DNA of 55,904 bases from a virus. The stretch lies in IMG/VR virus record IMGVR_UViG_3300045988_128069. The stretch is one strand, 5' to 3'. The translations under genes and the position numbers were made by a program. This document shows positions 17,320-25,745 of the stretch, piece after piece. The notes below the pieces were generated by a model. That model made no database searches, was not told the origin of the DNA, and was given only the letters and a program-made list of their open reading frames with translations. Position 1 is the first letter of the stretch. Each line of letters opens with the position of its first letter.

Positions 17320-17790
17320 TTACGCCATGTAATCCGTTTCTTCAACCTGCTGTGCGGTTTCCGCTGTAGCGGGCCATGAAACAATGCTAACGTTCTTTGG
17401 GCCTTTATCGAGACTTACATGCAAAGAATAAACACTTATTGCCAAAGAAAACAGCGAAATAATAATAGGGATAACATCAATTCTTTTGTTGTATTTTCGC
17501 TTTTCAACGTATCGCCTTAACGAACCTGTCACGTGAAGAATACGCTGCTCCAAATCCGCTTTTGTAAACTGGGCAAGATCTTTGTCAGTAGCATATTTTT
17601 TATCTTTCGTGCAGATATTAGCGTAATTCTGCTTTGCAAGGAACTTCAAAAAGTATTGTTCCTCTGAATTTGAACCGTATCTTTTGAAATAATCGGATAT
17701 GTAAAAGTCCTGCTTTTTGCACATCCACTTTAACTTTCTGTAGGTTTTGTTATCAATAAAACTGTCAAAAACCTCAATATCTAAATTCAT
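17320..17790 (-). CDS. Membrane-anchored hypothetical protein in an AT-rich gene (superinfection exclusion / Abi candidate)
   Basis: GAGGTG RBS before ATG 17790; single TM near the C-terminus (VIPIIISLFSLAISVYSL). Confidence 0.55.
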   Translation of the reverse strand: MNLDIEVFDSFIDNKTYRKLKWMCKKQDFYISDYFKRYGSNSEEQYFLKFLAKQNYANICTKDKKYATDKDLAQFTKADLEQRILHVTGSLRRYVEKRKYNKRIDVIPIIISLFSLAISVYSLHVSLDKGPKNVSIVSWPATAETAQQVEETDYMA

Positions 17791-17814
17791 TATACACCTC
17801 ACAAGGAGAAAAAC

Positions 17815-18000
17815 ATGCCAGACGAAAAAAATCAGAACCAGCCGGATGAAAACATTCTGGCCGCATACGAGAAGATTCGGCGCTTGGGCAATATCCAGAG
17901 CACCATTTTCACCATTGCGGATTACCTTTACACCGCCGCATGGGTATGGTTTGGGCTTACAATGCTGCTTTTTATCATTGCCGCTACTTTGAAAGGATGA
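17815..18000 (+). CDS. Small membrane protein (61 aa)
   Basis: Track ORF, RBS AAGGAGAA; C-terminal TM. Confidence 0.45.
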   Translation: MPDEKNQNQPDENILAAYEKIRRLGNIQSTIFTIADYLYTAAWVWFGLTMLLFIIAATLKG

Positions 18001-18152
18001 AGAACATGATTAACGAAGATTTTCTGCGCCGCGAGATGAACGACATCAAAGCATCCAACGGATACACCATTGGCACGTTGTTGCTGGTACTTCTGCCCAT
18101 CGGGCTGAGTATCGTAATGCAGCTGATGATTCTCAAGCTGATTTTGGCCTGA
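17997..18152 (+). CDS. Small membrane protein (51 aa)
   Basis: ATGA overlap with the upstream gene; TM segment TLLLVLLPIGLSIVMQLMIL. Confidence 0.4.
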   Translation: MKNMINEDFLRREMNDIKASNGYTIGTLLLVLLPIGLSIVMQLMILKLILA

Positions 18153-18223
18153 GTGACAGTGATAGGAGGAACATATGCAGAATCTTACAAAAGAAGAGAA
18201 AGAGTTTTTGCACCTAGTTCATA

Positions 18224-18571
18224 CTAATCGAGAAGTTCTTTTGGAGCGTCTTGAGAAACTAGGATTGCTCGAAGCTTTTCTTCAGGCAGAGAACGGAACC
18301 ACTTAATAAGTGCCACATCTTTTTCAGTAATCCCATCGCTTTGTGCGGTGGGCTTTTTTTCGTTTTCGGTATCCCCGCGCAAGTCGTCAACGGTGACTCC
18401 TAGCAAACTGGCAACATCGGCTAGCATATGCTCTGGCAAATCGCGCCCGTTTGCTAGCATTTCAGACAAATAGCCACGACTTTTCCCAAGCTCTGTACTA
18501 ATATGCGTAAAGGCAATTCCTTTTTTCTTTGCTATTTCCTTAGCTTTTTCTACGTATCGCACACAAAACAC
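18224..18571 (-). CDS. CI-like repressor (XRE-family HTH)
   Basis: FTHISTELGKSRGYLSEMLANG HTH; divergent from a cro-like gene across an operator-rich region. Confidence 0.75.
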   Translation of the reverse strand: MFCVRYVEKAKEIAKKKGIAFTHISTELGKSRGYLSEMLANGRDLPEHMLADVASLLGVTVDDLRGDTENEKKPTAQSDGITEKDVALIKWFRSLPEEKLRAILVSQDAPKELLD

Positions 18572-18621
18572 ACCTTTTCTTTGTACATATTGCCAATTCG
18601 CTAGAAAATGCTAGAAAACTA

Positions 18622-18650
18622 TTTACATCTAGCATAAATGCTAGTATAAT
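18622..18650 (+). promoter_or_regulatory. Early rightward promoter with a palindromic operator in the spacer
   Basis: TTTACA-17 nt-TATAAT; the spacer contains CTAGCATAAATGCTAG (18629..18644). Confidence 0.7.
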
Positions 18651-18784
18651 ATATAGCACAGAGGGCAACAAAAAACCAAGCCCCCTAAAATTCAGCGGAC
18701 TAGCTAAAAATATGCTGTTATATCTTGCAAGTTCATAGTAGCATATTTTCTAGCAATAGTCAACTAGAAAGGAGCTTTTGCTAG

Positions 18785-18979
18785 GTGAATATTTCAAAAA
18801 TTGATGCGCTGTGCCGAAAAAACAATATTTCTCGCACAATCCTTGAGGAACGCGCCGGAATCTCAAACGGCGCACTTGGCAAGTGGGAGAAATCTCCTTA
18901 CGGCCCCAGCATCACGACGCTAAAGAAAGTGGCTGACTATTTCGGCGTGCCTGTTGATTATTTGCTAGCCGATAACTAG
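18785..18979 (+). CDS. Cro-like XRE-family HTH protein
   Basis: ISRTILEERAGISNGALGKWE HTH; GTG start after GGAG. Confidence 0.7.
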   Translation: MNISKIDALCRKNNISRTILEERAGISNGALGKWEKSPYGPSITTLKKVADYFGVPVDYLLADN

Positions 18980-19035
18980 AAAGATGGAAACAGCCGTAAA
19001 CGAGCTGATTTGCGAAAAGAAGGAGGCGAAACCCA

Positions 19036-19248
19036 GTGTTCCCAAACCTATTGATTGAGCTTAAAAAGCAGCGTTGTACGCAGCAAGACCTTGCGCAGCA
19101 TATTGGAATTTCCCGCGCTACCATGCAAAACAAACTGACCGGGCACTCCCAATTTACCCTGCGCGAGATGAAAGCAATTCAAGGGGCGCTCAAAGGCTGC
19201 ACGCTAGATTACTTGTTCACTGAATGTAGCACGGAGGTGGAACCTTGA
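19036..19248 (+). CDS. Second small HTH regulator
   Basis: CTQQDLAQHIGISRATMQNKLTG HTH; GTG start after AGGAGG. Confidence 0.6.
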   Translation: MFPNLLIELKKQRCTQQDLAQHIGISRATMQNKLTGHSQFTLREMKAIQGALKGCTLDYLFTECSTEVEP

Positions 19249-19325
19249 TGCAGGACAGCAAAACACCCCCGCCCGATGAGCTAGACCGAGTGGGGGCAGA
19301 GATTAAGCGCCTAAAGTGGTGTGTT

Positions 19326-20057
19326 TCATTTTTGAGCGTCTGGTGCTTTTTGCAGGCTATCAGGTTGTTTAGTATTGGACGTCAAATCACACAGATTTCT
19401 GACATCCTGGCCTTGTGTGCGCAAAGCATCCAGCTTATCACAGATAACTTGAGCAGTATTTACGAGGTTTTCGTCAAGCTCAATAACTTGATTTAGCCCT
19501 TCTTTGATTTGAACAGAATCTTCGTGAATCAGCGTAAACTGCTTATTGGGGAGTGACTGCGAAAGCATCCACAGAATCACTGAAATCCATATACCAAACA
19601 GTGCGATTGCATCATTACGAGACAAATGTGGTTTGCTTCGCAAAGGCGTAATGACACCGGTTTTGATAGAGGATACAGCATTTTGGGGCAGCTTTGAAGA
19701 TGCCTGATTTAAGGTTTCTTCAAACTCTTGCAAATCACTTTCCAATTCCGCCGGGTCTGTGCATAGAAAATCATCTGAATGGTCTTGTGATATGGCAAAT
19801 GCGGCCTGATTGATTAGCTGTTCAATATCCGTGTTTTCCCACATTTCTGCGGTTTCCTGCGCAAGGCTTTCCAGATAAGGCACAGAAAATTCGTTTGCGT
19901 TTGAAATTTTGGGTGCCAGACCTTGCAGGGTATCTGCGATTTGCTGCATGGTTGGGTTTGGCTTCACGCTAACCTGGATGTTCGATTTGCGCATCTTTTC
20001 CGAAAGCAGGCGGAACGTATCAGCGCTGGATGGTAAAGCAGATTTATTTTCCATCAT
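19326..20057 (-). CDS. Hypothetical membrane protein encoded against the early operon
   Basis: AAGGAGGTG RBS before ATG 20057; TM AIALFGIWISVILWMLS. Confidence 0.55.
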   Translation of the reverse strand: MMENKSALPSSADTFRLLSEKMRKSNIQVSVKPNPTMQQIADTLQGLAPKISNANEFSVPYLESLAQETAEMWENTDIEQLINQAAFAISQDHSDDFLCTDPAELESDLQEFEETLNQASSKLPQNAVSSIKTGVITPLRSKPHLSRNDAIALFGIWISVILWMLSQSLPNKQFTLIHEDSVQIKEGLNQVIELDENLVNTAQVICDKLDALRTQGQDVRNLCDLTSNTKQPDSLQKAPDAQK

Positions 20058-20131
20058 CTCACCTCCTTTCCGCCTTATTCTATCACGGCGGAAGGGGGCA
20101 AACAACACAAGTTTTTAGAGGAGGTGAAACC

Positions 20132-20314
20132 TTGAAATGCTCCCGCAAGCGCATCATGCAAGGCGCAATCCTGACCAATCTTGCAACTGCTCAAAAAAAT
20201 ATGGCATCTTCCGAAAAGGTAGATGCCAGAGGGCTTATTCTGTTGAGCAAGTTTTTACTCCGCCTGCTGGATAAGCTGGATGACGAAATTTTAGATGTGG
20301 AGGTGAACAAATGA
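20132..20314 (+). CDS. Small hypothetical protein (60 aa)
   Basis: TTG 20132 after GGAGGTG, within track ORF 20030..20314. Confidence 0.4.
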   Translation: MKCSRKRIMQGAILTNLATAQKNMASSEKVDARGLILLSKFLLRLLDKLDDEILDVEVNK

Positions 20315-21057
20315 ACAACATACAAATTTTCAAGTACGAAAACAACGATGTGCGCACGGTGGAGATGAACGGCGAACCGTGGTTTGTAGGCAATGATGTA
20401 GCTGCTGCACTTGGTTATGGAAAGGGAAAATCTCTTGCTAACGCTGTAACAAATCATGTTGATTCTGAAGATAAAGGGGTCACTGAATTGATGACCCCTG
20501 GCGGTAAACAAAACGTAACAATTATCAACGAGTCCGGCTTGTACAGCTTGATTCTTTCCAGCAAACTTCCCACCGCAAAACAGTTCAAACGCTGGGTCAC
20601 GAGTGAAGTTTTGCCCAGCATCCGCAAGAACGGCGGTTACATCGCCGGGCAGGAACAGCTTTCGCCGGAGGAATTGATGGCAAAGGCACTGCTGGTTGCC
20701 AACAAAACGCTGGCTGAACGCGATGCTAGAATTTCGGAACTGACAGTTCAGAACACTATCATGTTGCCGAAAGCGGAATATTTTGACGAACTGATCTCAC
20801 GGAATACACTTACCAATTTCCGCGAGACCGCAAAAGAGCTTGGAATCAGCGAAAAGGCTTTTATCCGCTTCCTGATTGACAAGAAGTACATTTTCCGCAA
20901 CCAGCGCGGCAAGCTCATGCCGTATGCAGACCGCAGTGATGGCTGGTTTGAAGTCAAGGAATATTACAACGAAAAGACCAACTGGAGCGGCATCCAAACC
21001 CTAATAACCCCTAAAGGCCGCGAAGCCTTCCGGCTGCTGTGTTTGAAAGATTTGTGA
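20311..21057 (+). CDS. ant: Phage antirepressor (Bro-N domain + KilA-C/ANT domain)
   Basis: FENNDVRTVEMNGEPWFVGNDVAAALGY (Bro-N), C-terminal ANT-like region. Confidence 0.85.
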   Translation: MNNIQIFKYENNDVRTVEMNGEPWFVGNDVAAALGYGKGKSLANAVTNHVDSEDKGVTELMTPGGKQNVTIINESGLYSLILSSKLPTAKQFKRWVTSEVLPSIRKNGGYIAGQEQLSPEELMAKALLVANKTLAERDARISELTVQNTIMLPKAEYFDELISRNTLTNFRETAKELGISEKAFIRFLIDKKYIFRNQRGKLMPYADRSDGWFEVKEYYNEKTNWSGIQTLITPKGREAFRLLCLKDL

Positions 21058-21062
21058 AAGGA

Positions 21063-21161
21063 GAGAAACATATGAACGATAAAAGCGTAACCAGTTTTGG
21101 GAATACCACTGTTACCCAGACCATACATGAGATTGACCTGAAAGTCGGCCCAGACATCAAG
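21063..21161 (+). CDS. Short paralog (32 aa) of the N-terminus of 21383..21604, ending at TAG
   Basis: RBS GAAAGGAGAG; GNTTVTQT..IKIP matches GSTTVTQT..IKIP. Confidence 0.35.
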
Positions 21162-21382
21162 ATTCCGTAGGCTGATCTGGAAGCGCTGAAAAGTCTGCGT
21201 GGTGCGCTTTCCGTGATATTGAAGGGAGCAAAAGAATTTACCACAGAACAATGGAACTTTTAATTCTCGTTATCAAGATACTCATTACAGAGCAGAAAAT
21301 CAATTTTCTTGACAATACCTGTCATATCTGTGAAAAAATTGAACGCTGGCTTATGCAGCATCGCTAAAAGGAGGTATTCCAC

Positions 21383-21604
21383 ATGAACAACGAAAAAATC
21401 ACAATCCGCATGGGCAGCACGACCGTAACCCAGACCGCCGAAGGCTTTGAACTCAAAAACGGTACCGGCATCAAGATTCCGCCGGAAGTTACGTTCAAGG
21501 ACGTAAAAAACGAAACTGTCCTTGGTGACCCGAACAACATGCACATCACAACCGGCCACTTCAATTTGGCCGATTTGAAGAAAAGGAGTGAAACGCATGA
21601 GTAA
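21383..21604 (+). CDS. Hypothetical protein (73 aa)
   Basis: Track ORF, RBS AAAGGAGG. Confidence 0.55.
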   Translation: MNNEKITIRMGSTTVTQTAEGFELKNGTGIKIPPEVTFKDVKNETVLGDPNNMHITTGHFNLADLKKRSETHE

Positions 21605-21688
21605 GGAAGATGCGGCGTTTCTCTTATCCGTTCTGGCCCTTGCAATCAGCATTATGGGGGCCGTGAGGTTTTGAAAGGAGGGGAGCAT

Positions 21689-21886
21689 ATGCCCCGTGAA
21701 AAGCCCCATTACCAAGAAACCCTTGTAGACATTCGCGCCCGTGCCGCTGAACTTTATCCCGGCGAGCTGCTGTTTGGCTCCACAAAGGTTGCCAAGATTC
21801 TTGGCAAATCTCGTGGCTGGGTATGGCAGCATTACGGTAGCTGCCGTAATTTAACCGTTGAACAAATTGCAAGCCTTATCTGCTAA
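21689..21886 (+). CDS. Small HTH protein (excisionase-like / DNA-binding)
   Basis: ATG 21689 after AAAGGAGGGGAG; STKVAKILGKSRGWVWQHY. Confidence 0.4.
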   Translation: MPREKPHYQETLVDIRARAAELYPGELLFGSTKVAKILGKSRGWVWQHYGSCRNLTVEQIASLIC

Positions 21887-21938
21887 TTTCCGACATACAA
21901 GCGTTGGAAAGGCGGAAACAACAAGAAAGGACACTAAC

Positions 21939-22208
21939 ATGACTGCAAACAAAAAGAGCCGCCCAGTGTACTGCAATACACTGAACGGCAAAAAACGTGA
22001 AATTTTCCGGTTTCACAAGTCCATTTTAGCCCATATTGTTCCGGTTTGCAAGTGCTTTGCAAACTTTACCCTGCTGGGTTGCGCAATCGGCACCATTTGC
22101 GCCGTTGCTGGCCTTGCCCAGGGCGGCGGGGTCGCATCTTTGGCCGGGCTTATTGCCTGCCTGCTTGGCGGATGGGCCGCTATTACGCTTCGGGAGGTAT
22201 TGGCGTGA
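21939..22208 (+). CDS. Membrane protein (89 aa)
   Basis: ATG 21939 within the track ORF; two Gly/Ala-rich TM segments. Confidence 0.45.
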   Translation: MTANKKSRPVYCNTLNGKKREIFRFHKSILAHIVPVCKCFANFTLLGCAIGTICAVAGLAQGGGVASLAGLIACLLGGWAAITLREVLA

Positions 22209-22408
22209 ACCCTTTTGAGATTGAGATGGCATTTGAATACAATGACCCGCAAAAATACCAGGTGTTTTTTGAAACTGTCCAAATCGCAATCCTGGACACG
22301 AACAACAGCGAACGATGGAAATACGACCAAATTTTCGCAGCCTACCGCGCTGCAATGATCGGCATGGCAAAACGACTGGATGAGGAGGAAACAAATAATG
22401 AGCGATAA
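22205..22408 (+). CDS. Hypothetical protein (67 aa)
   Basis: GTG overlapping the upstream stop (GTGA). Confidence 0.4.
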   Translation: MNPFEIEMAFEYNDPQKYQVFFETVQIAILDTNNSERWKYDQIFAAYRAAMIGMAKRLDEEETNNER

Positions 22409-23180
22409 CAAGACTTGGATTAAGGCGTACAAGGGCTTTGACAAAGACCTGAAATGCAAAGGCAGGCAATATACGGAGGGCGTTGAAGATCATGTCTCTG
22501 ATGTGGCAAAGTTCTGCAAAGAGGGTGTGCATGCCTGCAAACGTCCGCTGGATGTTTTCAGATATTACGCTCCTGCGGATTCTGTGTACCATGAAGTTGA
22601 GCTTGCAGGCGTTTTGGACGAGCACCAAGAAGATAGCAAAATCTGCGGTACAGACATCAAAGTGAAAGGCAAACTTGATATTGCAGGGCTGATAAAAGCG
22701 CAGATTGAGTACACAAAGTCTCATTGCACCAATGAGTACAACGCCGAAAATGGAAAGCCTGCCAGTGCCGGTGATTATGGTGCCTCCAGTGCCGGTGATT
22801 GTGGTGCTTCCAGTGCCGGTGATTATGGTGCCTCCAGTGCCGGTGCTCATGGTGCCTCCAGTGCCGGTTATTATGGTGCCTCCAGTGCCGGTGCTCATGG
22901 TGCCTCCAGTGCCGGTGATTATGGTGCCTCCAGTGCCGGTGATTATGGTGCCTCCACGAGCAAGGGAAAATCTAGTGTTGGCAAAAATGGAATTGCGTGC
23001 AGCCGCTCCAAAAATGCGCGTGTAAAAGGAGATATGGGGGCTGTTCTGGTTTGCGCCAAGGAAAATGAATATAACTACGACATTAAAACATGGGCTGCTG
23101 GTGTTGTTGATGGCGTAAACATCCTGCCTGATGTCTGGTACAAGGCCGAAAATGGAAAACTGGTGCCTGCCGATGACTGA
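22398..23180 (+). CDS. Repeat protein with eight GASSAGD(Y) octapeptides
   Basis: ATG 22398 after GAGGAGGAA; central repeats flanked by globular N- and C-terminal domains. Confidence 0.65.
   Translation: MSDNKTWIKAYKGFDKDLKCKGRQYTEGVEDHVSDVAKFCKEGVHACKRPLDVFRYYAPADSVYHEVELAGVLDEHQEDSKICGTDIKVKGKLDIAGLIKAQIEYTKSHCTNEYNAENGKPASAGDYGASSAGDCGASSAGDYGASSAGAHGASSAGYYGASSAGAHGASSAGDYGASSAGDYGASTSKGKSSVGKNGIACSRSKNARVKGDMGAVLVCAKENEYNYDIKTWAAGVVDGVNILPDVWYKAENGKLVPADD
22761..22955 (+). repeat. 24-bp tandem repeat (about 8 units) inside the gene
   Basis: gcctccagtgccggtgattatggt-type units read directly. Confidence 0.85.
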
Positions 23181-23290
23181 CCTTGATTTTCCCGGCTGCG
23201 GCGCAGCGGACGAATACGGCCACCCCATTATGTGCGAGGATTGCATTTGGGGAGAAACGTGCATTGATAGCACGGTAAGGGAGGATAACG

Positions 23291-23533
23291 ATGGAACTGA
23301 AGAACTATAGCATTGAAGCCACAGGAAGCCTTTACTGCTCGGAAAACTTTGCAACCATCTGTGTTGATGGGCAAACCTATGGCATTGAAAAACTAATCTA
23401 CGAGATGATGAAACGCCTGAAAAAGGAAGAAAATCTCGGCATTGAAACGTGCGGAACACTGAATATCACGTTCACCAGAAAGGCTGAAAAGTTGACTATG
23501 AACGGGACTGTGAAAAGGGAGGAAAAGCCATGA
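23291..23533 (+). CDS. Hypothetical protein (80 aa)
   Basis: Track ORF, RBS GGGAGG. Confidence 0.5.
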   Translation: MELKNYSIEATGSLYCSENFATICVDGQTYGIEKLIYEMMKRLKKEENLGIETCGTLNITFTRKAEKLTMNGTVKREEKP

Positions 23534-24180
23534 GCGTGTTTGAAGCACTTTCTAAGATTCAATCTGAATTGAAAGCACCCAAGAACCTTTACAACTCTTT
23601 CGGAAAGTACAAATACCGGAACGCGGAAAGCATTCTTGAAGCGGCAAAACCTCTCTGTGCAAAATATGGTTGTACGCTGACCGTTATGGACGATATTGTA
23701 CTTATCGGAAACCGCTATTACATCAAGGCCATTGCCACAGTAACGGACAAAGAGGGAAGCTCCACCAGTACCACAGCTTTTGCCCGCGAGGATGAAACCA
23801 AAAAAGGTATGGACGGCGCACAGATTACCGGTACAGCATCCAGCTATGCCAGAAAATATGCTTTGAATGGCCTGTTTTGCATTGATGACACAAAAGACCC
23901 TGACAGTGATCCTGACAGTGATGAATACCACAAGCAGACGAGCGCAAACGTAGCACCAGAACAGCCAACCAAATGCGATATTCAGTCCAGCGAGGCCGAA
24001 GCAAGCGAATATGTCAAAGCCCGCGCTACACTAACAGCTGCAATTACCGAGTATTGCGCCAAATCAAAACATACACGAAATGAAGTGCTTGACGCTTTGA
24101 AAGCCGTTCCCGGCGGGACAATGAAAACGTTGGACGGCTGCAATGCGCTGATTGCACAGATTCAGGAGTGGAGCAAATGA
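23530..24180 (+). CDS. erf: ERF-family single-strand annealing recombinase
   Basis: IQSELKAPKN..FGKYKYRNAESILEA..GMDGAQITGTASSYARKYALNGLFCIDD. Confidence 0.85.
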   Translation: MSVFEALSKIQSELKAPKNLYNSFGKYKYRNAESILEAAKPLCAKYGCTLTVMDDIVLIGNRYYIKAIATVTDKEGSSTSTTAFAREDETKKGMDGAQITGTASSYARKYALNGLFCIDDTKDPDSDPDSDEYHKQTSANVAPEQPTKCDIQSSEAEASEYVKARATLTAAITEYCAKSKHTRNEVLDALKAVPGGTMKTLDGCNALIAQIQEWSK

Positions 24181-24743
24181 GCCATACAATCAACATCGCA
24201 GATGCTACCTTGATGGGTGAGATTTTGATGCTTCGTCTTAAAAGCAAGCCGGACATGGAAGAAGCGCAAAACTTTGCGAATGAAGTCAAATCCGGCCCCG
24301 GCAAGCTGTTTGCAGGTGTTTTTGGCGAGGTACGAAAAAAGCGCAGCTTGACTTCTAACGCTTACGCGTGGACGCTGCTGAACCAGCTTGCCGAAAAGCT
24401 GAAAAAGCCTGCTGTTGAGATTTATCGCGACCTTGTGCGGGATGTTGCAGGTGCAAGCGATATCGTCACCATCAAGCAGGAAGCAGTAGAAACCTTTAAG
24501 CGCGGATGGGAAAGCCAGGGATATGGCTGGCAGGTTGTTTTATTGGACACCATGCCTACACCAAACGGCACGTTCTGCACTCTGCAATGCTGGTATGGTT
24601 CCAGCGTATACGACAGCAAGCAGATGCACCGCCTGTTGGAATTGATTGTGCAGGAGTGCCAGCAGCAGGGAATCCCCACAATGACACCGGACGAAATTGC
24701 AAAGCTGAAAGGACTGACGGACGATGAAGCAAACAAACGATGA
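24177..24743 (+). CDS. Hypothetical protein, possibly a NinB/Orf-like recombination mediator
   Basis: KKRSLTSNAYAWTLLNQLA and YGSSVYDSKQMHRLLELIVQECQQQGI resemble the NinB pattern; weak. Confidence 0.35.
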   Translation: MSHTINIADATLMGEILMLRLKSKPDMEEAQNFANEVKSGPGKLFAGVFGEVRKKRSLTSNAYAWTLLNQLAEKLKKPAVEIYRDLVRDVAGASDIVTIKQEAVETFKRGWESQGYGWQVVLLDTMPTPNGTFCTLQCWYGSSVYDSKQMHRLLELIVQECQQQGIPTMTPDEIAKLKGLTDDEANKR

Positions 24744-24906
24744 ATTTGTGCAGGCTTTTCGCAAGGCATCTGATTCCGCATCGCGGTCTCTTTTTACATC
24801 TTTTGAATCCGTAAGCAAAGATGACATTAAGAGCATGACAACGCTTGCTTTTTACGCTGGGATGGTTGCTGCTTTTAATGATATCAAAGACATGCTTAAA
24901 AATTGA
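24724..24906 (+). CDS. Hypothetical protein (60 aa)
   Basis: Track ORF. Confidence 0.4.
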   Translation: MKQTNDEFVQAFRKASDSASRSLFTSFESVSKDDIKSMTTLAFYAGMVAAFNDIKDMLKN

Positions 24907-24918
24907 GGAAAAGCAAGA

Positions 24919-25287
24919 ATGAAAAACGAATTTGGCGTTGCGCTCGATTCCAACGGCTATGCACCGTCCATCATGCTAAACTGGAAAGACATGTCCGGCC
25001 ACCCACAGTGTTACTGCTGCATGAACGGCCATGATCTGGTACGGCATGAAGTGCTTTACGGCCAGAACCGGGCAAAAAGCAAAGCTCTTGGCCTGTGGAT
25101 TCTGGTTTGCCCGGATTGTCACCGATGGATTCACGGCGAAAAACAGCGCTGGCCTAAAATGGATGGGCTGGATGCCATGATGCGGCTTGAACTTAAAAAG
25201 ACCGCACAGCGCATGGCAATGATGGATTACAGCTGGACAAAGGAAGAATTTGCCCGGCGGTTTGGAAAGAATTATTTGGAGGATTAA
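24919..25287 (+). CDS. HNH-like zinc-finger nuclease-fold protein
   Basis: CYCC..HEVLYGQNRAKS..VCPDCHRWIH. Confidence 0.55.
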   Translation: MKNEFGVALDSNGYAPSIMLNWKDMSGHPQCYCCMNGHDLVRHEVLYGQNRAKSKALGLWILVCPDCHRWIHGEKQRWPKMDGLDAMMRLELKKTAQRMAMMDYSWTKEEFARRFGKNYLED

Positions 25288-25291
25288 AGAC

Positions 25292-25711
25292 ATGTTGAAT
25301 GTAGTTGCACTTATGGGAAGGCTGGTTGCTGACCCTCAGCTGCGCCAGACTACAACAGGTAAAAATGTTGCATCGTTCCGCGTTGCGGTAGACCGGGGGC
25401 GCAAGGATGCCAACGGCCAGAACCAGGCGGATTTCTTTGACATCGTGGCATGGGACAAGAGCGCAGAATTTGTCTGCCGCTACTTCCAGAAAGGATCCAT
25501 GATCGCCGTTGAGGGCCGTTTGCAGAGCCGGAACTATCAGGACAAGAGCGGAAACAACAGGAACGCCGTAGAGGTGGTTGTAAACAACGTTTCGTTTGCA
25601 GGCAATAAAGACGCCCAAAGTCAGAACGTGGCTAATAGGGCCGTTTCTGCGCCTGTGGCGGCAAGCAACGAGTATACGCCGATTGAAGATGACGGTGATC
25701 TCCCGTTTTGA
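25292..25711 (+). CDS. ssb: Single-stranded DNA-binding protein
   Basis: OB-fold N-terminus LMGRLVADPQLRQT.., acidic tail DDGDLPF. Confidence 0.9.
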   Translation: MLNVVALMGRLVADPQLRQTTTGKNVASFRVAVDRGRKDANGQNQADFFDIVAWDKSAEFVCRYFQKGSMIAVEGRLQSRNYQDKSGNNRNAVEVVVNNVSFAGNKDAQSQNVANRAVSAPVAASNEYTPIEDDGDLPF

Positions 25712-25745
25712 GCTGTGAAACCCTAATATCTCAGGAGAATAAAAA

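Noticed and set aside
21260-21832. 190-aa minus-strand ORF (also 25193..25753 and 23398..23931)
   Set aside because: They overlap consecutive + strand genes that have strong RBSs, including the SSB and ERF genes. No start context is present.
22026-23459. 477-aa minus-strand ORF, the longest antisense ORF in the early region
   Set aside because: It overlaps five RBS-preceded + strand genes. Its TGTGGTIITG repeats are only the reverse reading of the 24-bp GASSAGDY repeat, and it has no RBS. It is a shadow ORF.
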